From Lingula anatina (lineage: Eukaryota > Animalia > Brachiopoda), in the NCBI GenBank assembly GCA_051362555.1, contig JBPQGU010000016.1:620001-684000 (forward strand): a stretch of 64,000 bases of DNA. Direction: 5' to 3'. Made by a program: the position numbers and the translations under genes. Under the pieces are notes generated by a model. The model saw nothing but the letters and a program-made list of their open reading frames with translations, was not told the origin of the DNA and searched no databases. Shown here in pieces: positions 13,107 through 26,700 of this stretch (positions are counted from its first letter, which is position 1; every line of letters begins with the position of its first letter).

Positions 13107-15092
13107 CTCTTCCCACGGTTACGTATATAACCCAAACAATGTCTTTTCTGGCTTGTGACGCCAGTTACAGAAGCATTGGTATACAAGTAAATCGAGTCTT
13201 TTCCTGGGCTCAGTTAGTGATATGTATACACTTAGAAGTATTGTTCTGTATTACGACTATCACTTGGCTGGCGCGACTCCTGAATACGAAAATAAAAACC
13301 CAATCTTATCAGAAAGTCTACAATATCCTGTTAATGCAGTTTTCCTTATATCAACCACCTTTGTGGAGTTAGATAAATATCAGATATGCGAAGAAGGCTT
13401 TGTGTTCTCCACGTGGTAGTGAAAAAATGGGATGGACATAAAACTGTTTTCTCAGTACTTTTTCACATGAATACAATTCTGTCCCCGACTTTGCTTTAAT
13501 ACATTCCCCGTCTGTTATCTGATATACATCTTGGTCACCTTATACTCGACGGCACCTGCCAAACGTATTCTATCTCCTGCATTTGCTGGAATTCTTAGTG
13601 TCAATGACTAATAACCAATTTACATTCAGGTAGATAACTTTGTTTCTGTAAATCGACAAAACAGCACTCAATATTCATATTGTATGCGTAAATTAAAACA
13701 GGTTGCAAAGATCTCAATGTTTTTTTAAATACAGGTGCGCCGTAAATTTAAAGGAGCGAATTACTGGCACAAAATTAATATGAAATCCGGAGCAGGATTT
13801 TGATAACGCCCTCGATACATTCCCATGAAGCCGGGCTTGCGACCTCTCTTTAATAACCAGTTTTCCCTTAAAGTAAAACTTCCATTCAGAAAGCTGTGTT
13901 CATTAAAGATCTCCAGGTCATTTTTTCACATGTTTGTCATCCTTTTAGTTCATTACATCTCTCAACATACGTAGAAGTCACCAGGCGTGATATTGAATTT
14001 CAGTTTTCGTATTGATCTAAGAAAATCTGAATATTTCAAACTTGACGTACCAGTAGGTTCTAAAGTCATAAACAGTTATCAATCCCACTTTTAAAGAAAA
14101 AAAAAACGCTCCTGTATATGGTGCCTTTCGATCCTAGTTAATTTCTTTTATCAAGTATTGATATTTAAAGCACCGCGAGGACAGACAAAATAGTTGATCA
14201 ACAAACGGCGACTATTTGTAAGAAGGCGAAATCTGTTTATTTTTTTATTTTTAACTTACTAACATAGCAGCTTAATAATAAGATAGGTTGGTGTTTTTTT
14301 TTTTTTTTTTTTTTTTTTTTTTGATTAAGGAATGGGCATGTCGGTTACACAATTTGAGTGATTTCAGATTCGAAAAAAAAAAAAAAAAAAAAAAAACAGC
14401 AATAAAAGTATTACATATTTTTTCTGGTTTCAATGTAATTTGCCATTTACCAAACCAAAAGGCCTACATAGCCTATCACATGCTTCCTTTTAAAAAAATA
14501 GAAATAGGGTAGATCAACAAATATACTTACAAAAAGGATCAGTTTTGTCTGGTTTGTCTGCGGCTATAGGCCTACACGTGCAAGTGTGGTTTACGGTAAG
14601 CTACGTTGATAAGACTAGTAGTTAGTAGGCCGTAGGTCCCTACCTGTATGTCAGATACAGGGGGTATGTTGTAGATTTAGGGCCTAGCTGAAAAATAATA
14701 CCACAGTAGGCATCACAGATTTTAGCGGCCTAGATATTATTTTCGTTTTCGAATAATACGGTCTTGATACTGTAAATTTAGACGTTTGTTCCTGCGTTTT
14801 CTTTGAATAATCTATGTTTAGTACACTTGGCTGTGCTGTTCGTCTCCTCTTTTTGAAAATATGGGGAAAATAATTTAACCTGTTATTTTTAGGCCTACGG
14901 GGTGTTTCTCTCCCTTTCACAAAGTGACCAGCTCGCTTATTTCTCTCTTTATTCGTCTAAGTGTTTATATAAATTCTAACAAAATTATTTGACCATAAAG
15001 ACCAAGGGACCTCCCTTTTATTATCCTCGTACTCAATAGCCAGCTAATCTATCTGTGGGCGAGCACCTGCTAAACAAATAGTTTTCAAAATC

Positions 15093-15125
15093 TCCGCCAG
15101 GTGGCGATGGATACAATATGGCGGC
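15093..15125 (+). promoter_or_regulatory. CTCF-like and YY1-like motifs in the divergent astacin/METTL24 intergenic region
   Basis: ccgccaggtggcga resembles the CTCF core and caatatggcggc resembles the YY1 consensus. Both lie about 0.7 kb upstream of the methyltransferase ATG. Motif match only. Confidence 0.4.
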
Positions 15126-15792
15126 GTTTCCACTATAACCCCTGCTATAACAAAGCGGTGGTCGTTTGAAGTAAAGTTATCTCATTTGGACCAGGAAGCT
15201 AGTCTGGACTAACTGGGTAGCAGGTTGTGTTAAGCTTACATTCAGCTGCATGGTGTTGTATTTGTCGACGCCAGAGAACAGTTCACCCAGTTTCAGTACC
15301 AGTAATAACACGTACGTATAGATCAACGTTACTCCAACTTTATTTCACGTTTTAACTACCTGACTACATATATAGCTACAGCACAGTACTTAACAGTATA
15401 TGTTCTCACTGTGAAAAGGCGTTTATATACACTGTGAAGCTGTACTATCAGAAAATTATAAGTAAGATAATTATTCCTAAGTTTATGAACTTAATTTGCT
15501 GAATGCTTTTTATTTCCAGGTAATTCCAGTTATTAGCTCCTCATTTCTTCATTTTAGCTACGTGGAGTTGTCGTCGGTATGATCAGCACAATGAATGCGG
15601 AAGCCGCAGTAGAACTTAACCAGATCTATAACTAATGAAGGGATATTGCACGCTAGGATAACTAGTACCCCTGCTACAAGAGAAAAGAGCCCACCACTGA
15701 ACCACCCATGGCTTCATGGATTTATGAAGATTGTATGCTACCAGAAAACTCCGTGACATTCTGAGATACCCAGTTGGACTTGCAGTGTCACA

Positions 15793-15928
15793 ATGAATTT
15801 CCAAGGCCTACGTTTCCGTTCACCTTCACAAAAGGTGATGGTTGGCCTCTCAGTTGGGATTATTGTTGTGCTTTTGATGTTCTTGTGGATAATTCAAGGT
15901 CCCCACTTGGTAAGCTAGCTAGCTCTCG

Positions 15929-15965
<37 letters not shown>

Positions 15966-18797
15966 GTAACTCGAAATTTAGATTTTTCATATTGCCACTG
16001 CCCTGGATATCTAGCCCAGTAAAAAAAAAAAGAAATGAAAATGTTAAATATGCTTATTTTTGCCAAACGTTCATATCTCAGAAATTAAATAATCCTGGTA
16101 GCTATTTGTAAAAAAGCCAGACTATTCATTTCTTTTTAATTTCAGCATCTCACAGGTGTCACATCATACAATCTGATGGATGAAATAATCTCGACGTTAA
16201 GGGATAAAAATGACACCGATGTCAAACAGTATGGGGACCCGTTCTTTTTTAAAGAAGAGCTAGGAGGGGAAATAGCTTCACCCCTACTGGGTGATGGAAA
16301 TAAGATTATACCCAAGTTAAAAATGACATTAAAGGAATATGACAGACTAGAGAAAGGGTTTTATGGGTAAGTCATTTTTTTAAGATGTCCCTTTTAAATT
16401 TTTATTTTAAACTATATATTTAAGGATTTTTGTAGTTTAAATGTAATGGGTTATAAGCAAGGACTGACATACATTAACATTTCATCAAAATTTTGTGTAA
16501 AATTGTTTATTTAACTGTGTTTTATATATGTATTCATTTGTTATTATCATTTATACCTCTATTTATTTATAATTTGAATTTTTGAGATATATTTGTTCAC
16601 TATTTAATTCTCATATATTGCAGCCATCTCATGCGCCAGCAGTACGACTGCCGTAATAGAGTTCGTGCTGGAATCTCTGAAGACGGAGGTTGGGAAGTTT
16701 GTATGGACCCACCGTTTGCCATTAAACCTGGCTCATGTCTTGTGTATTCTTTTGGGTAGGAATGAATGAAACCATATATATTGAGAGAGAGAGAGAGAGA
16801 GATTTACAGTGGTTTCTGTTAGATAATATTGTTCTAGTCAGTATATGTCTGGTTAGATACTGCCAATTTTAATTCAAAAATATTTTTAGCTACATCAGTA
16901 ATACATTTAGCCAAAAATGTGTACATTTTGCATTTCCTGATCTAGAAATAAGCATAATCAGCTGTTGGCCAATATTGATAGGTTTAGCCCAGTTTGCACT
17001 CTTTTTGAAGGGTTTTATCAATTAAAAAATTCTGCAAATAAAATGAAGATCTTTATCCTTATGCATTAAACAACTTATATGTTAATGTTTTATGTTTATG
17101 TTTTGCGTACAGATTGGGAAATGAATGGTCCTTCGACAGATTTATGTCAAAGAGCTGCACAGTGTATGGGTTTGATCCAAGGTCAGTAACACCACGTGTT
17201 TACAATGTAAAGTTACTCTTTGTTCTAAAACGTGGCTATGTAAGCCGTTTTACATATGCATATAATAAAGAACACATTTTTCAAACTGCTATGCTAAAAC
17301 ATCATCATTATTATTATTACAGTGCTATTATTGTTATTATTATTACTATTATTATTATTTTATCTTACTCAGTATTGATAATAAATTTTCTTAAGAAACT
17401 GAAAAATTTGAATTTTTTTAAAATGCTGATAGATATAGATAGGTGATAATGTTGATAGAAGTTATTGCATATTTATTTTTTATGTTACCTTTTTCACCTA
17501 AGTCTAAGACTTTGAGCACACTGTTATGTGTTTTTACAACTTCATGCTTGTTGCCTTTTTTGCATAATATCAAAAACGATGACATCAGTGTTTTTCAGCA
17601 TTTGTCAGAAAATAAATCATAAAAAAGGCTAGAACTCTAACTTGTGACTTGGCAGATACAATGATCTAAATATCTTTATGGGGATGTATTTATAATTTTC
17701 AGCATAGGTCTAAAGCTTGAGTCACAGGAGGTACAACCAAATATGTGGTTTTACAACATTGGGCTGTTTCGTGAAAACAGAATCGTCAGGTGGCAAAATG
17801 GACAAAGATGGACTCTCAAAACTCTTGGGACAGTAAGACAGATGCTGAAACATACAGATGTAATTAATATTTCTTCTTTTATTGGTCTGTTCAAAGCCCA
17901 TCGACTAAAAAAGAAGATTATCACAAAGCGAAAATGAATTGTCCTATTTCCCCAATTTGACCTTTATCAATCAGATTAATTCTCTGCAAAACCGTGAAAA
18001 ATAGTTACAAGATGCACATTTAATGAATATTAGTTACTAGTACTGTTATTCCTATTCTAAGTACTGTTATTCCTATTCTAAGTACTGTTCAAGTTGCATC
18101 ATAAAGTAATTTTTAAAGGAGAAATGTATGTCATTTATAATGATAGTATTTACATCTTGTAAAGAGCATTCTGTTATGGTCATTGCACTTTATAATTCTT
18201 AACACAACAGTGCAGTGTTAAATTCATAAAATGTGATACTGTTCTATACTTCAGTTATGTTTATACAATATTGCTTTTGAACTAAAATTACAAACTTCTG
18301 TAATGCAAATAGGGAGTTATACAAATACATGAACCTAATCTATATATAAATCTTTTTTTTTTTTTTTTTTTGGACCAACTTTTATGGCCAGAAAAGGGTT
18401 ATTAAAAACTGATATAAAGAGGTATAAAAGAACCGTTAAAATGCCACATTGATTCAATCTCGCTTGACATTAATTTATTAATTTCTCATTTCAGGCAACA
18501 ATAGACTACCTCAAAATGGATGTGGAGGAATCTGAGTGGGACGCTTTAAAAACTGCCTTTAAGGAAGGATCTTTAAAAAATGTTAAACAATTAGCCATGG
18601 AGCTGCATATATGGAACTTTTCTGAATATATAACACCGAAGCATGTATATGTATTGAGGAAACTAGAAGAACTTGGCTTTAAGATATTTTTCTCAGAAAG
18701 AAATGGGTCTTCGAGAATTAAGTCCAAATTCACTGGAAGAGTGCTGACGTGGGCCAATAATGTTTATTTTGTCAATACGAACTATCTACAAACATGA
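15793..18797 (+). CDS. METTL24-like (Methyltransf_22/FkbM-like) type II membrane methyltransferase, paralog 1
   Basis: Exons 15793-15909 (MNFQGLRF...VGIIVVLLMFLWIIQGPHL, signal anchor), 16146-16366, 16624-16755 (DGGWEVC...CLVYSFG), 17113-17181 (NEWSFD...GFDP), 17703-17859, 18495-18797 (IDYLKMDVEESEW...VKQLAMELH, stop). All phases are compatible. Confidence 0.9.
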
Positions 18798-18842
18798 TTC
18801 ACATAAGGGGAAAGGGATTTGAAAATTTGTTGTCAGTATTAA

Positions 18843-19043
18843 AGGAATAGTAGTCCTAGAAATGCTTCCATATGATAAGTGCAGGCTAGAGTTAGTCAGC
18901 GTATTGGGGTTAGTATATGAAACGAATGTCACGTCAACAAAGTGAGGGGAGAACGGACTACGGTTCTTAGCGGACTACCACTAACCCTAACCTATACTAA
19001 CCATATGGAAGCACAGACTTCCATTCCTAGGACTTTTATTCCT
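18843..19043. repeat. ~200-bp inverted-repeat (MITE-like) element just after the paralog 1 stop
   Basis: aggaatagtagtcctagaaatgcttccatatg...gttagt pairs with actaaccctaacctatactaaccatatggaagca...attcctaggacttttattcct. Confidence 0.6.
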
Positions 19044-19510
19044 AGGATTTTCGTTCCTGCGAGACTGGTTGATATAATGGCCTCCATTACCCATCTAACC
19101 TCAAGTGACAGTGGCCGCCGCACAAACCTTTTTACTTTTTTAGTTATGACTGCAACATATCCACCTTGAGGTCAAACGACGTCTCATATTAATGCCATAA
19201 AACAAGTTTTAATTTATGTGAACAAAATCATTTAGGGTCGTGTGAACTGTGATACGTACATTTCTCATACTCCTATGTTTATGAAGTGGTACCGCTATCA
19301 AAAATAATCTCGTGGAGTTGAATCGATAACAGTGGTGAATGTGTTTTCGATTTTAAAAAACACGTTTTATGATATGTTTTTATGTCTCTGAAATCAGTAT
19401 TGGGTCTCTGAAATAAAAGAACTACCAAGTTATCTAACTTAAGTTTATGACTATATAAAGGGGTACGAGTCAGTTTTGTTCATTAACGAAAAACTGCACT
19501 ATGTCTTTTT

Positions 19511-22134
19511 TTTTTATGTACAGACACAGATGTGTCTGTACATATAGCCATCACCTGCGTCTGTCGTCGCCGTCGTTGTCGCTGTCGTCGCCGTCGCCGT
19601 GCACTTTTACCGATAACACGATAAGTGGAAAACCGTTTTTTCTTTTGGCTTGAAACTTACAAACTGATGAATATTCATAAAACGCAGGTCAAGTTCGAAA
19701 ATCAGCATGATCGGGCCATTTTTGGGGAATTTATGCTGTTTTTTCACTTTTTTCAGCATTTATGCAGCACCGATAACATGATAAGTGGAAAACCGTTTTA
19801 CCTTTTGGCTTGAAACTTACAGAACTGATGAATATTCATAATACGCAGGTCAAGTTCAAAAATCGGCATGATCGGGCCATTAATATTGAAGAAATGCAGT
19901 TTTTTTCACTTTTTTCAACATTTATGCAACACCGATACAATATTTGAAAAACCATTTTACCTTTTGGCTCGAAACTTACAGAACTGATAAATATTCTTAA
20001 TACGCAGGTCAAGTTCGAAAATCAGCATGATAGGAACATTTTCATGGAAGTCAGCTGTTTTTTCACTTTTTTCAGCATATATGCAACACTGATAACATGA
20101 TAAGTGAAAAACCCGTTTTACTTTTTGGCTTGAAACTTACAGAACTGATGAATATCTATAATACGCAAGTCAAGTTCGAAAATTGGCATGATCAGAGCAT
20201 TTTTATAAAAGTTTTGCTGTTTTTTCACTTTTTTTCAGCATATATGCAACACCTATAACACATTTTAAGGAAAATCGATTGCCCAATTGTCTTGAAATTC
20301 ACAGTAGTGATCAGTGTTACTGAAATACAGATTAAGTTTTGAAAATAAGCTTGATCAGTAAAGGTTTGGTGAAGTTATGCCTTTTTTTGTATATAAGTGT
20401 TTTTTTTCCTCAAATTTAATTCTCAGGCATGCTATCAATCTCATTTTTGAACTAATTATATATGTTAAGTTGTTCTTTTGACATTGACTCTGAACTCTAT
20501 AGGCTAGTCACATTTTCTGAATATCCATGATACTTTTATTTATTATTAAAAAATTTATGGTTATTATGCTGTTAAGCATTGTGTAATATTGCATCAAAAT
20601 TGAACAAAACCCTATTCTGGGCACTGCCTCCGTAGTGGTGGTGAAAGGAAAACCATGTCACTTGCTCTTCTCACACTTACAGGAAAGAAACATAGGACTG
20701 AAATACAGCTTCAGTTGAAAAATTGTCTCATTAGTTTATTGTTTGGAAGTAATACGGTTTTTTTTTGTGAAAATTTTTATCTTTCACATGTTGCAATTTT
20801 CAGTGTGGGACTTAGAGCTCCCTTGGGCATGAAGCCTAGTGGTAATCAAATTTTCTTAATGTCCATGTTTTTAATAGTAGATATTTTAAAATTGGTGGTA
20901 TTTAATTAGTTAATCATTATGTAATGTTGCATCAAAATTGACAAAAAGCCTACTTTGTGCTCTGCTATCATTAATATTATGTAAAGTAAAGTGTTACTTT
21001 CTATTTTTTTACTATTCTTACAAAAATGATTCTTAGGATTGACATACAGCTCATATTAGAGAACCAGCTCTATTGGATTATCATTTTTATTAAATTTATG
21101 AATTTTTTGTGAAATTTTCATTTTTCTCATTCTGGCACTTTCTAATTGTAAACTTGAACTCTGATGGGCCTGGAGCCTTATGCTTTTACTTTTATCAATG
21201 TTACCTGTATGTTGTGCATAATTAAAATTTGATGTTGACTGTGCAGTTAAACATAATGTATTATTGCATCAGAATTGGTAGTCTCCTGTTTTATTTTGTG
21301 CATTATTGTTTTCTGCTTTTCTTAAGGTGTGACTTATGGGCCTGAAGACCTTTGATAGACAAATTTGTGTGGTCAGTCTGTAAATTCCCCTTGGGTATTC
21401 ACTAGGCTAATTTCAGTGCTATAAACTCATTTGCCTAATTAAGCGGCCATTAAATGAAATTTCATAAAGCACACTTGTTGATATTTCCCTGTAAACTCCC
21501 AAAGGTTAAGCTCTCTGCTAGATAACATAGTGTCCATAATAAGGAAGCAGTGAATAGCAGCTTCATTGGAATTATATTTTTGTTGTTTTCTTTTTAATTT
21601 TTTCTCCAACACTGGCATTTTTAAGATGTGATTTTTAACTCCCATCCACCTGAGGCTCTGCACATTTTCAGTATTTCCACATAAGCAGTTGTATTGGTAT
21701 TTATGTCTTTAAACATGCTGTAATGTTATTTTATGCACTGTCATCATTTTTCATATATTGGAACTTTCATCATGTGAATTTTAACTCTCATGGTCATGAA
21801 ACTGTAATCTTATTGAAGGGGATTGATTGAGACCATTTTCTGGGTCTCCTGGAAGACAGTCAGATTTTAAAGTTTATATTTACGGGTTTCTGTTGGAAGA
21901 CCATCAAAATGGAGGATGGATCAACAAAGATACTTTGGAATACTGTCAGAAAATATCTCTGGATCTGCTCCTGTTATTGACCATGTTACCTGTTGTGCAT
22001 GATTAAAAATCAGTGTTGACTGACTGTGCTATTATAAGCATATATTATTGCATCAAAATTGACAAAATGACCTATATTGCATCTTTTTTTAATGTTTTTT
22101 GTCTGTACATTTGACAGCTTTGCTGCCTTGTTTT
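19511..22134 (+). mobile_element. Helentron-associated non-autonomous element (HINE/DINE-like) with an internal ~161-bp tandem array, copy 1
   Basis: 5' T-run, hairpin tgtacagacacagatgtgtctgtaca, (gtc)n microsatellite, about 5 units of ~161 bp (19611, 19772, 19934, 20089, 20253), 3' subterminal gtctgtacat, short stem-loop cagctttgctg, then ttgtt. Both ends match the copy at 41761-46619. Confidence 0.8.
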
Positions 22135-22223
22135 GATCAACTATATTATTGATTAGGACCAGATCAGCTGTAAATTATTCGACAAGTTATTGATTAATTT
22201 AGCGCGGTAGCCATATCATCAAA

Positions 22224-22400
22224 GGCCCCATTCCCGCAGATTTTAGATCGATCTATCCCCGTGGGGAGTCTCACTAGATTACTGTCAGCTTAGGCGGCTT
22301 AAATGTCCGCCTACTAAAAGCTGTAAGGGGGTTATTAACTTCCGTGCTCGGTCGTCTGACAGCAATTTAGCGCGAACCCCCAGGGAGTTAGGTCGATATA
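22224..22400. mobile_element. PIF/Harbinger-like MITE, copy 2 (3'-truncated)
   Basis: ggccccattcccgcagattttagatcgatctatcccc... is collinear with 11691-11870. Confidence 0.65.
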
Positions 22401-22629
22401 GTTGGACTCAAAGACAGAAAAAGCCAGCGTTTACGCCGTGATTTACAGTTATTATATTCCCAAACATTGTCATTGTTGGATGCAGCTTTGCATGAGCTGT
22501 GAAAATGCTAAAACGAGGCAACAAAGAAGTTTACCTAGACACCTTTAATGTTAGAAATAAGAGTAATACCTTGATTAAATTTCGAACAAGCTAAGATAAC
22601 CTTCAGACAGAAACTGGGCGGCAAAATAA

Positions 22630-22840
22630 GACCACATTCCCATACCAAGGTCGATTGAGCTGGTCCATCTCCGAGGGGATTCCCGCTAAATTGCTTTCAG
22701 CTTAAGCGGCTTAGATGCCTGCCACGTCTAAGCTGCTAAACGATAGTTAATTACCCCCAAAAGCTCCAGCGTACGTGCCACACATCCAAGCTGCTTAAGG
22801 GTCGATCCTGCTAGACCGATCTATGTGTGGGGACGGGGTC
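22630..22840. mobile_element. Related PIF/Harbinger-like MITE
   Basis: taa-gaccacattcccata...tatgtgtggggacggggtc-ta TIRs; shares the ggtcgat and cagcttaagcggctta motifs with the two copies above. Confidence 0.5.
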
Positions 22841-23774
22841 TACATTTGATGACCGCTATAATGTACGCTATATCATCTTAAGGCAACAGTGGACGAAAAG
22901 TATGAGTTATATCAAATTATAGGCAATTCAGATCCACTGTTTAATACTTCTTGCAACAAAAAGTAATTCATTAAGCTAATGGCATGTGAAAGGGAGCTTA
23001 TTATTATTGCACTAGCCACAGTCTATTCATGCATTCATTTTCGCCGGTATATGCTGGTGCGTAAGATACAGTCAATATTCATGTATTCAAATATTCATAA
23101 AGTTCTACATTTGTGTATTCAGTGGGCACTCTAGCGCTATGATATCATGATAAACAATGATCAGAATTTTCATGGTTCACATGGTTCTTCTCAAATAATT
23201 GATTCTAGAAGTTAGGCTCATCAGCAAAGACAAAAATCGCCAGCGTCTCCACTGAGATCATATTCTTTACAGTTAATTATATCTCAAAACACTATAATGA
23301 CACGATCCAGTGCTGGGTCCTTATACCGCCCTTTCCTGGTCTTGTTTAATGTGCTGTAAAAGGATTTTCCAGTGACAGAGCAGAGGTAACAATTATAAGA
23401 GTTGTGAACGTTTTGGTTCGTACTTGAAACTAATGATTAAAGCTGTATGGTGCAGTGGAATAGTGAAGTGTTGTGATTGTGCTGGAAGCAATTCCCGGCC
23501 TGCGGGCAATTGCATAAAACCTGCATCGCCTGGAGTGCAGTGAATACTGAGTGTAGTTTGAGCCACGGCGGCAGAACGGTGCTAATCAGCACAAGAGAGA
23601 CAGTTGCCAACTCACTCACATACTATCAACACAATTTCACTACAGGATTACTAACAACTCTAGTTGTTCGCAAGAGAGAACGGTTCTCCACTGAGCAGCT
23701 CGGAGTTGCAGAAAGTTATTAAGATATATGTTACCAGAGCACAGCGTGATATACAGAGAGAGGACGTCACTACA

Positions 23775-26700
23775 ATGAAGTTCCACGGCCCATGCTTTCG
23801 TCCATATTTACGAAAGGTGTTTGTTAGCCTTTCGACTGGGTTTGTTGTGCTTTTGATGTTCTTGTGGATAATTCAAGGCTCCCAGTTGTTTTTCTCTCAA
23901 GGCACCAACTACCAAGGCTCCACATCTCAAGGCTCTACATCTCACGGTTCCACACCACAAGGCACCAACTCTGAAGGCTCCCCTTCTCACGGCTCCAACT
24001 CTCAAGGCAACCATTCCCAAGGCTCCAACTCTCAAGGCACCAATTCCCAAGGCTCCAACTCTCAAGGCTCTACATCTCAAGGCTCCAACTCTCAAGGTAC
24101 TAATTCACAAGGCACCAACTCTCAAGGCTCTACATCTCAAGGCTCCAACTCTCAAGGCTCTACATCTCAAGGCTCCAACTCTCAAGGTACTAATTCACAA
24201 GGCACCATCTCTCAAGGCTCTACATCTCAAGGCTCCAACTCTCAAGGTACTAATTCACAAGGCACCAACTCTCAAGGGTCCAACTCTAAAGGATCCACGT
24301 CTCAAGTCACTAAGTCACAAGGCACTAATTCTCAAGGCTCCAACTCTCAAGGCTCTACATCTCAAGGCACCAACTCTCAAAACTCCAACTCTCAGGGATC
24401 CACATCTCAAGGCACTAATTCACAAGGCTCTACATCTCAAGGCACCAAATCTCAAGGTTCCAACTCTCAAGGCTCCCAGTCGGTAAGCTCCCCCACTATT
24501 CCCTCTCTCTCTTTCATTATTAATATAGTCAGGTTGCCAGCCCTGGGTTTGGTGTATGTTGGAATATCCGGAATAGATTTTTTTCTCATTGGTTTCCGCA
24601 TCTTCCTAAGAATCTCTGTGAAGACATTCAGAACAGAAGATCCGAGGATCGACTGAAAGAAACATTTCAACTTAAAAAATGCCAGCCAAAAAAGGGAAAA
24701 CGCAAGATTTTGGTTTTGACTACAGTGTTTCATAATGCCCAATTATGCACAAGATATTACTAGTATGGTCACTGTTTTCAGTGACAGAACACCATGCACA
24801 ACTGCAATAGGTTTATGATACACTTGAGTGATTCCAGACAATGGCCATCTTTAGATTTTCAAACATCTCTTAAACTGAACCGCCAGTCATACCCTACCAG
24901 TGTCAGAGAGTTAAGAGCTTCACTGGAGAAGAAAGGAAAAGGATGACTCATAAATCAGTAGACGCAGCAAGGTGCATTTTTTTACTATTATATGTTCATT
25001 ATCAAATAAGTCATGTTTATCAGTGCTTTTCGCATCCTTATTGCCCCTGTGATAAATATAACTTGTGGATAACAAGTGCGTGTCTAACCCTGCCAATTTT
25101 CAGAAAATTCAAAATGACTGCAACTTGCATTAGAACATGGGTTATTATTGGTCTTTAGACGGTCATCTTTAATTCCCAAATCTCCCAGCACGCGAGCTTG
25201 ATCTCCACTTGACATATTATCACTGAGGCTATGAGGATGTGAAAAACACTGACAAAGTAACTTTTATCTAATTTCATAATGGATGCTGGTAGTAGTTTAT
25301 ATATATTTATATATTCCTATATGCCATTGGTTGCAATGTGCAATTTTCTCAAATGCTCAAGGATACGAGCTTCTTATCCCTCCAGATACATGTATATAAT
25401 ATTGGGGTTAAAAGGATACAGAAACCACTGAGACAAAAATTTATCCTGTATTTTCCCTGATTTATACCAGGCATTTTTTTTTCACTTTTTAGTCAAGGCA
25501 GCATACTTAAAAGTTAACATTTTGTCATTGCCTTGGTTATCTAGTCCAATGAAAATATAAGAAATAAAAATGTTACATTTAAAATTTTATTATTTGTTCA
25601 CGCACATTTAAAAAGAAAAATGCAGAAATCACAGAATAATGATAATAAGATAGAAAGCTCAACTATCCAGCTTTTTTTATTTTAGCGTCTCACGGGTGTC
25701 TCATCATACAATCTGGTGGATGAAATTACCATGGCGTTAATGGATAAAAATGACACCGATGTCAAACAGTATGGGGACCCGTTCTTTTATAAAGAAGAGC
25801 TAGAAGGGGAAATAGCTTCACCCCTACTGGGTGATGGAAATAATTTTATACCGGAATTAAAAATGACATTAAAGGAATACGACATACTGGAGAAAGGATT
25901 TTATAGGTATGTATTTTTTCAGATGTCATTTTTGAATATTTTAACAGACTTAGTCTAACCTCTTTTCAACACTCTTTTTAAGTATGAATTTAATTATTTT
26001 ACTGTAATGAATACTATAAACTTTTGTATGTCATTACCTTGTGGAGTTCAGCAGTAAGTATGTGACAGTAGCCATTGTATGACCAGTTAGAGATGGGTGT
26101 CTCAAACATGTGGATTAAGATGCAAGTGAAAAACTTGTAAAGTATGAATGTGTATTTTTTTTCTGAATGAAGCTACGATTTTCTTTTCTAAATTCTTGTT
26201 TTGATTATGTGATATTCAAGGTACTCTTGATGTTTTTATAAACAAAAATATCCCCAAAAACGTCCATTGAATGAATTTTGATAATTTAAGAATATGATAA
26301 ATATATTTTGTAAATTAGATTCATGTGATGCACATCATAGCCGTTCTTCGAAAAAGGATCACTTTTTGCTATTATATCCCCAAATTGACAGGAACTAGAA
26401 ACTATTAAGGGGAGTACTCTTGTCTAATTTTATGTAGAGACTCATCGTGCCTTTGTTGGTTCATTTCTACACATTGGCATTTTCAACGTATGCTTTGAAC
26501 TCTCATGTGCTTCTGAAAGGACTTGTTACCTTTAGTTAATAATATTTGTTCACGATTATGCTGTTAAGCATTATATAAAATTGCTTCCAGATTACAAAAT
26601 AACCCTTTTTGTGTATCATTTGTTTGCTTCATCTCTGTATACTTGACAGCTTTGATGTCTTTGCAAAACCTGCAGATTTTCTCCACTCAATGGCGTAGAA

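Noticed and set aside
18980-19002. ctaaccctaacc as an interstitial telomere
   Set aside because: Only about 2 units, and part of a MITE-like inverted repeat.
23808-24095. Antisense ORF (RVGAL)n
   Set aside because: It is the reverse-strand shadow of the coding 15-bp repeat, with no independent support.
23664-24656. 330-aa single-exon protein as given in the ORF track
   Set aside because: The start is non-ATG and the ORF reads through the donor at 24483. Paralog 1 supports ATG 23775 and splicing to 25686.
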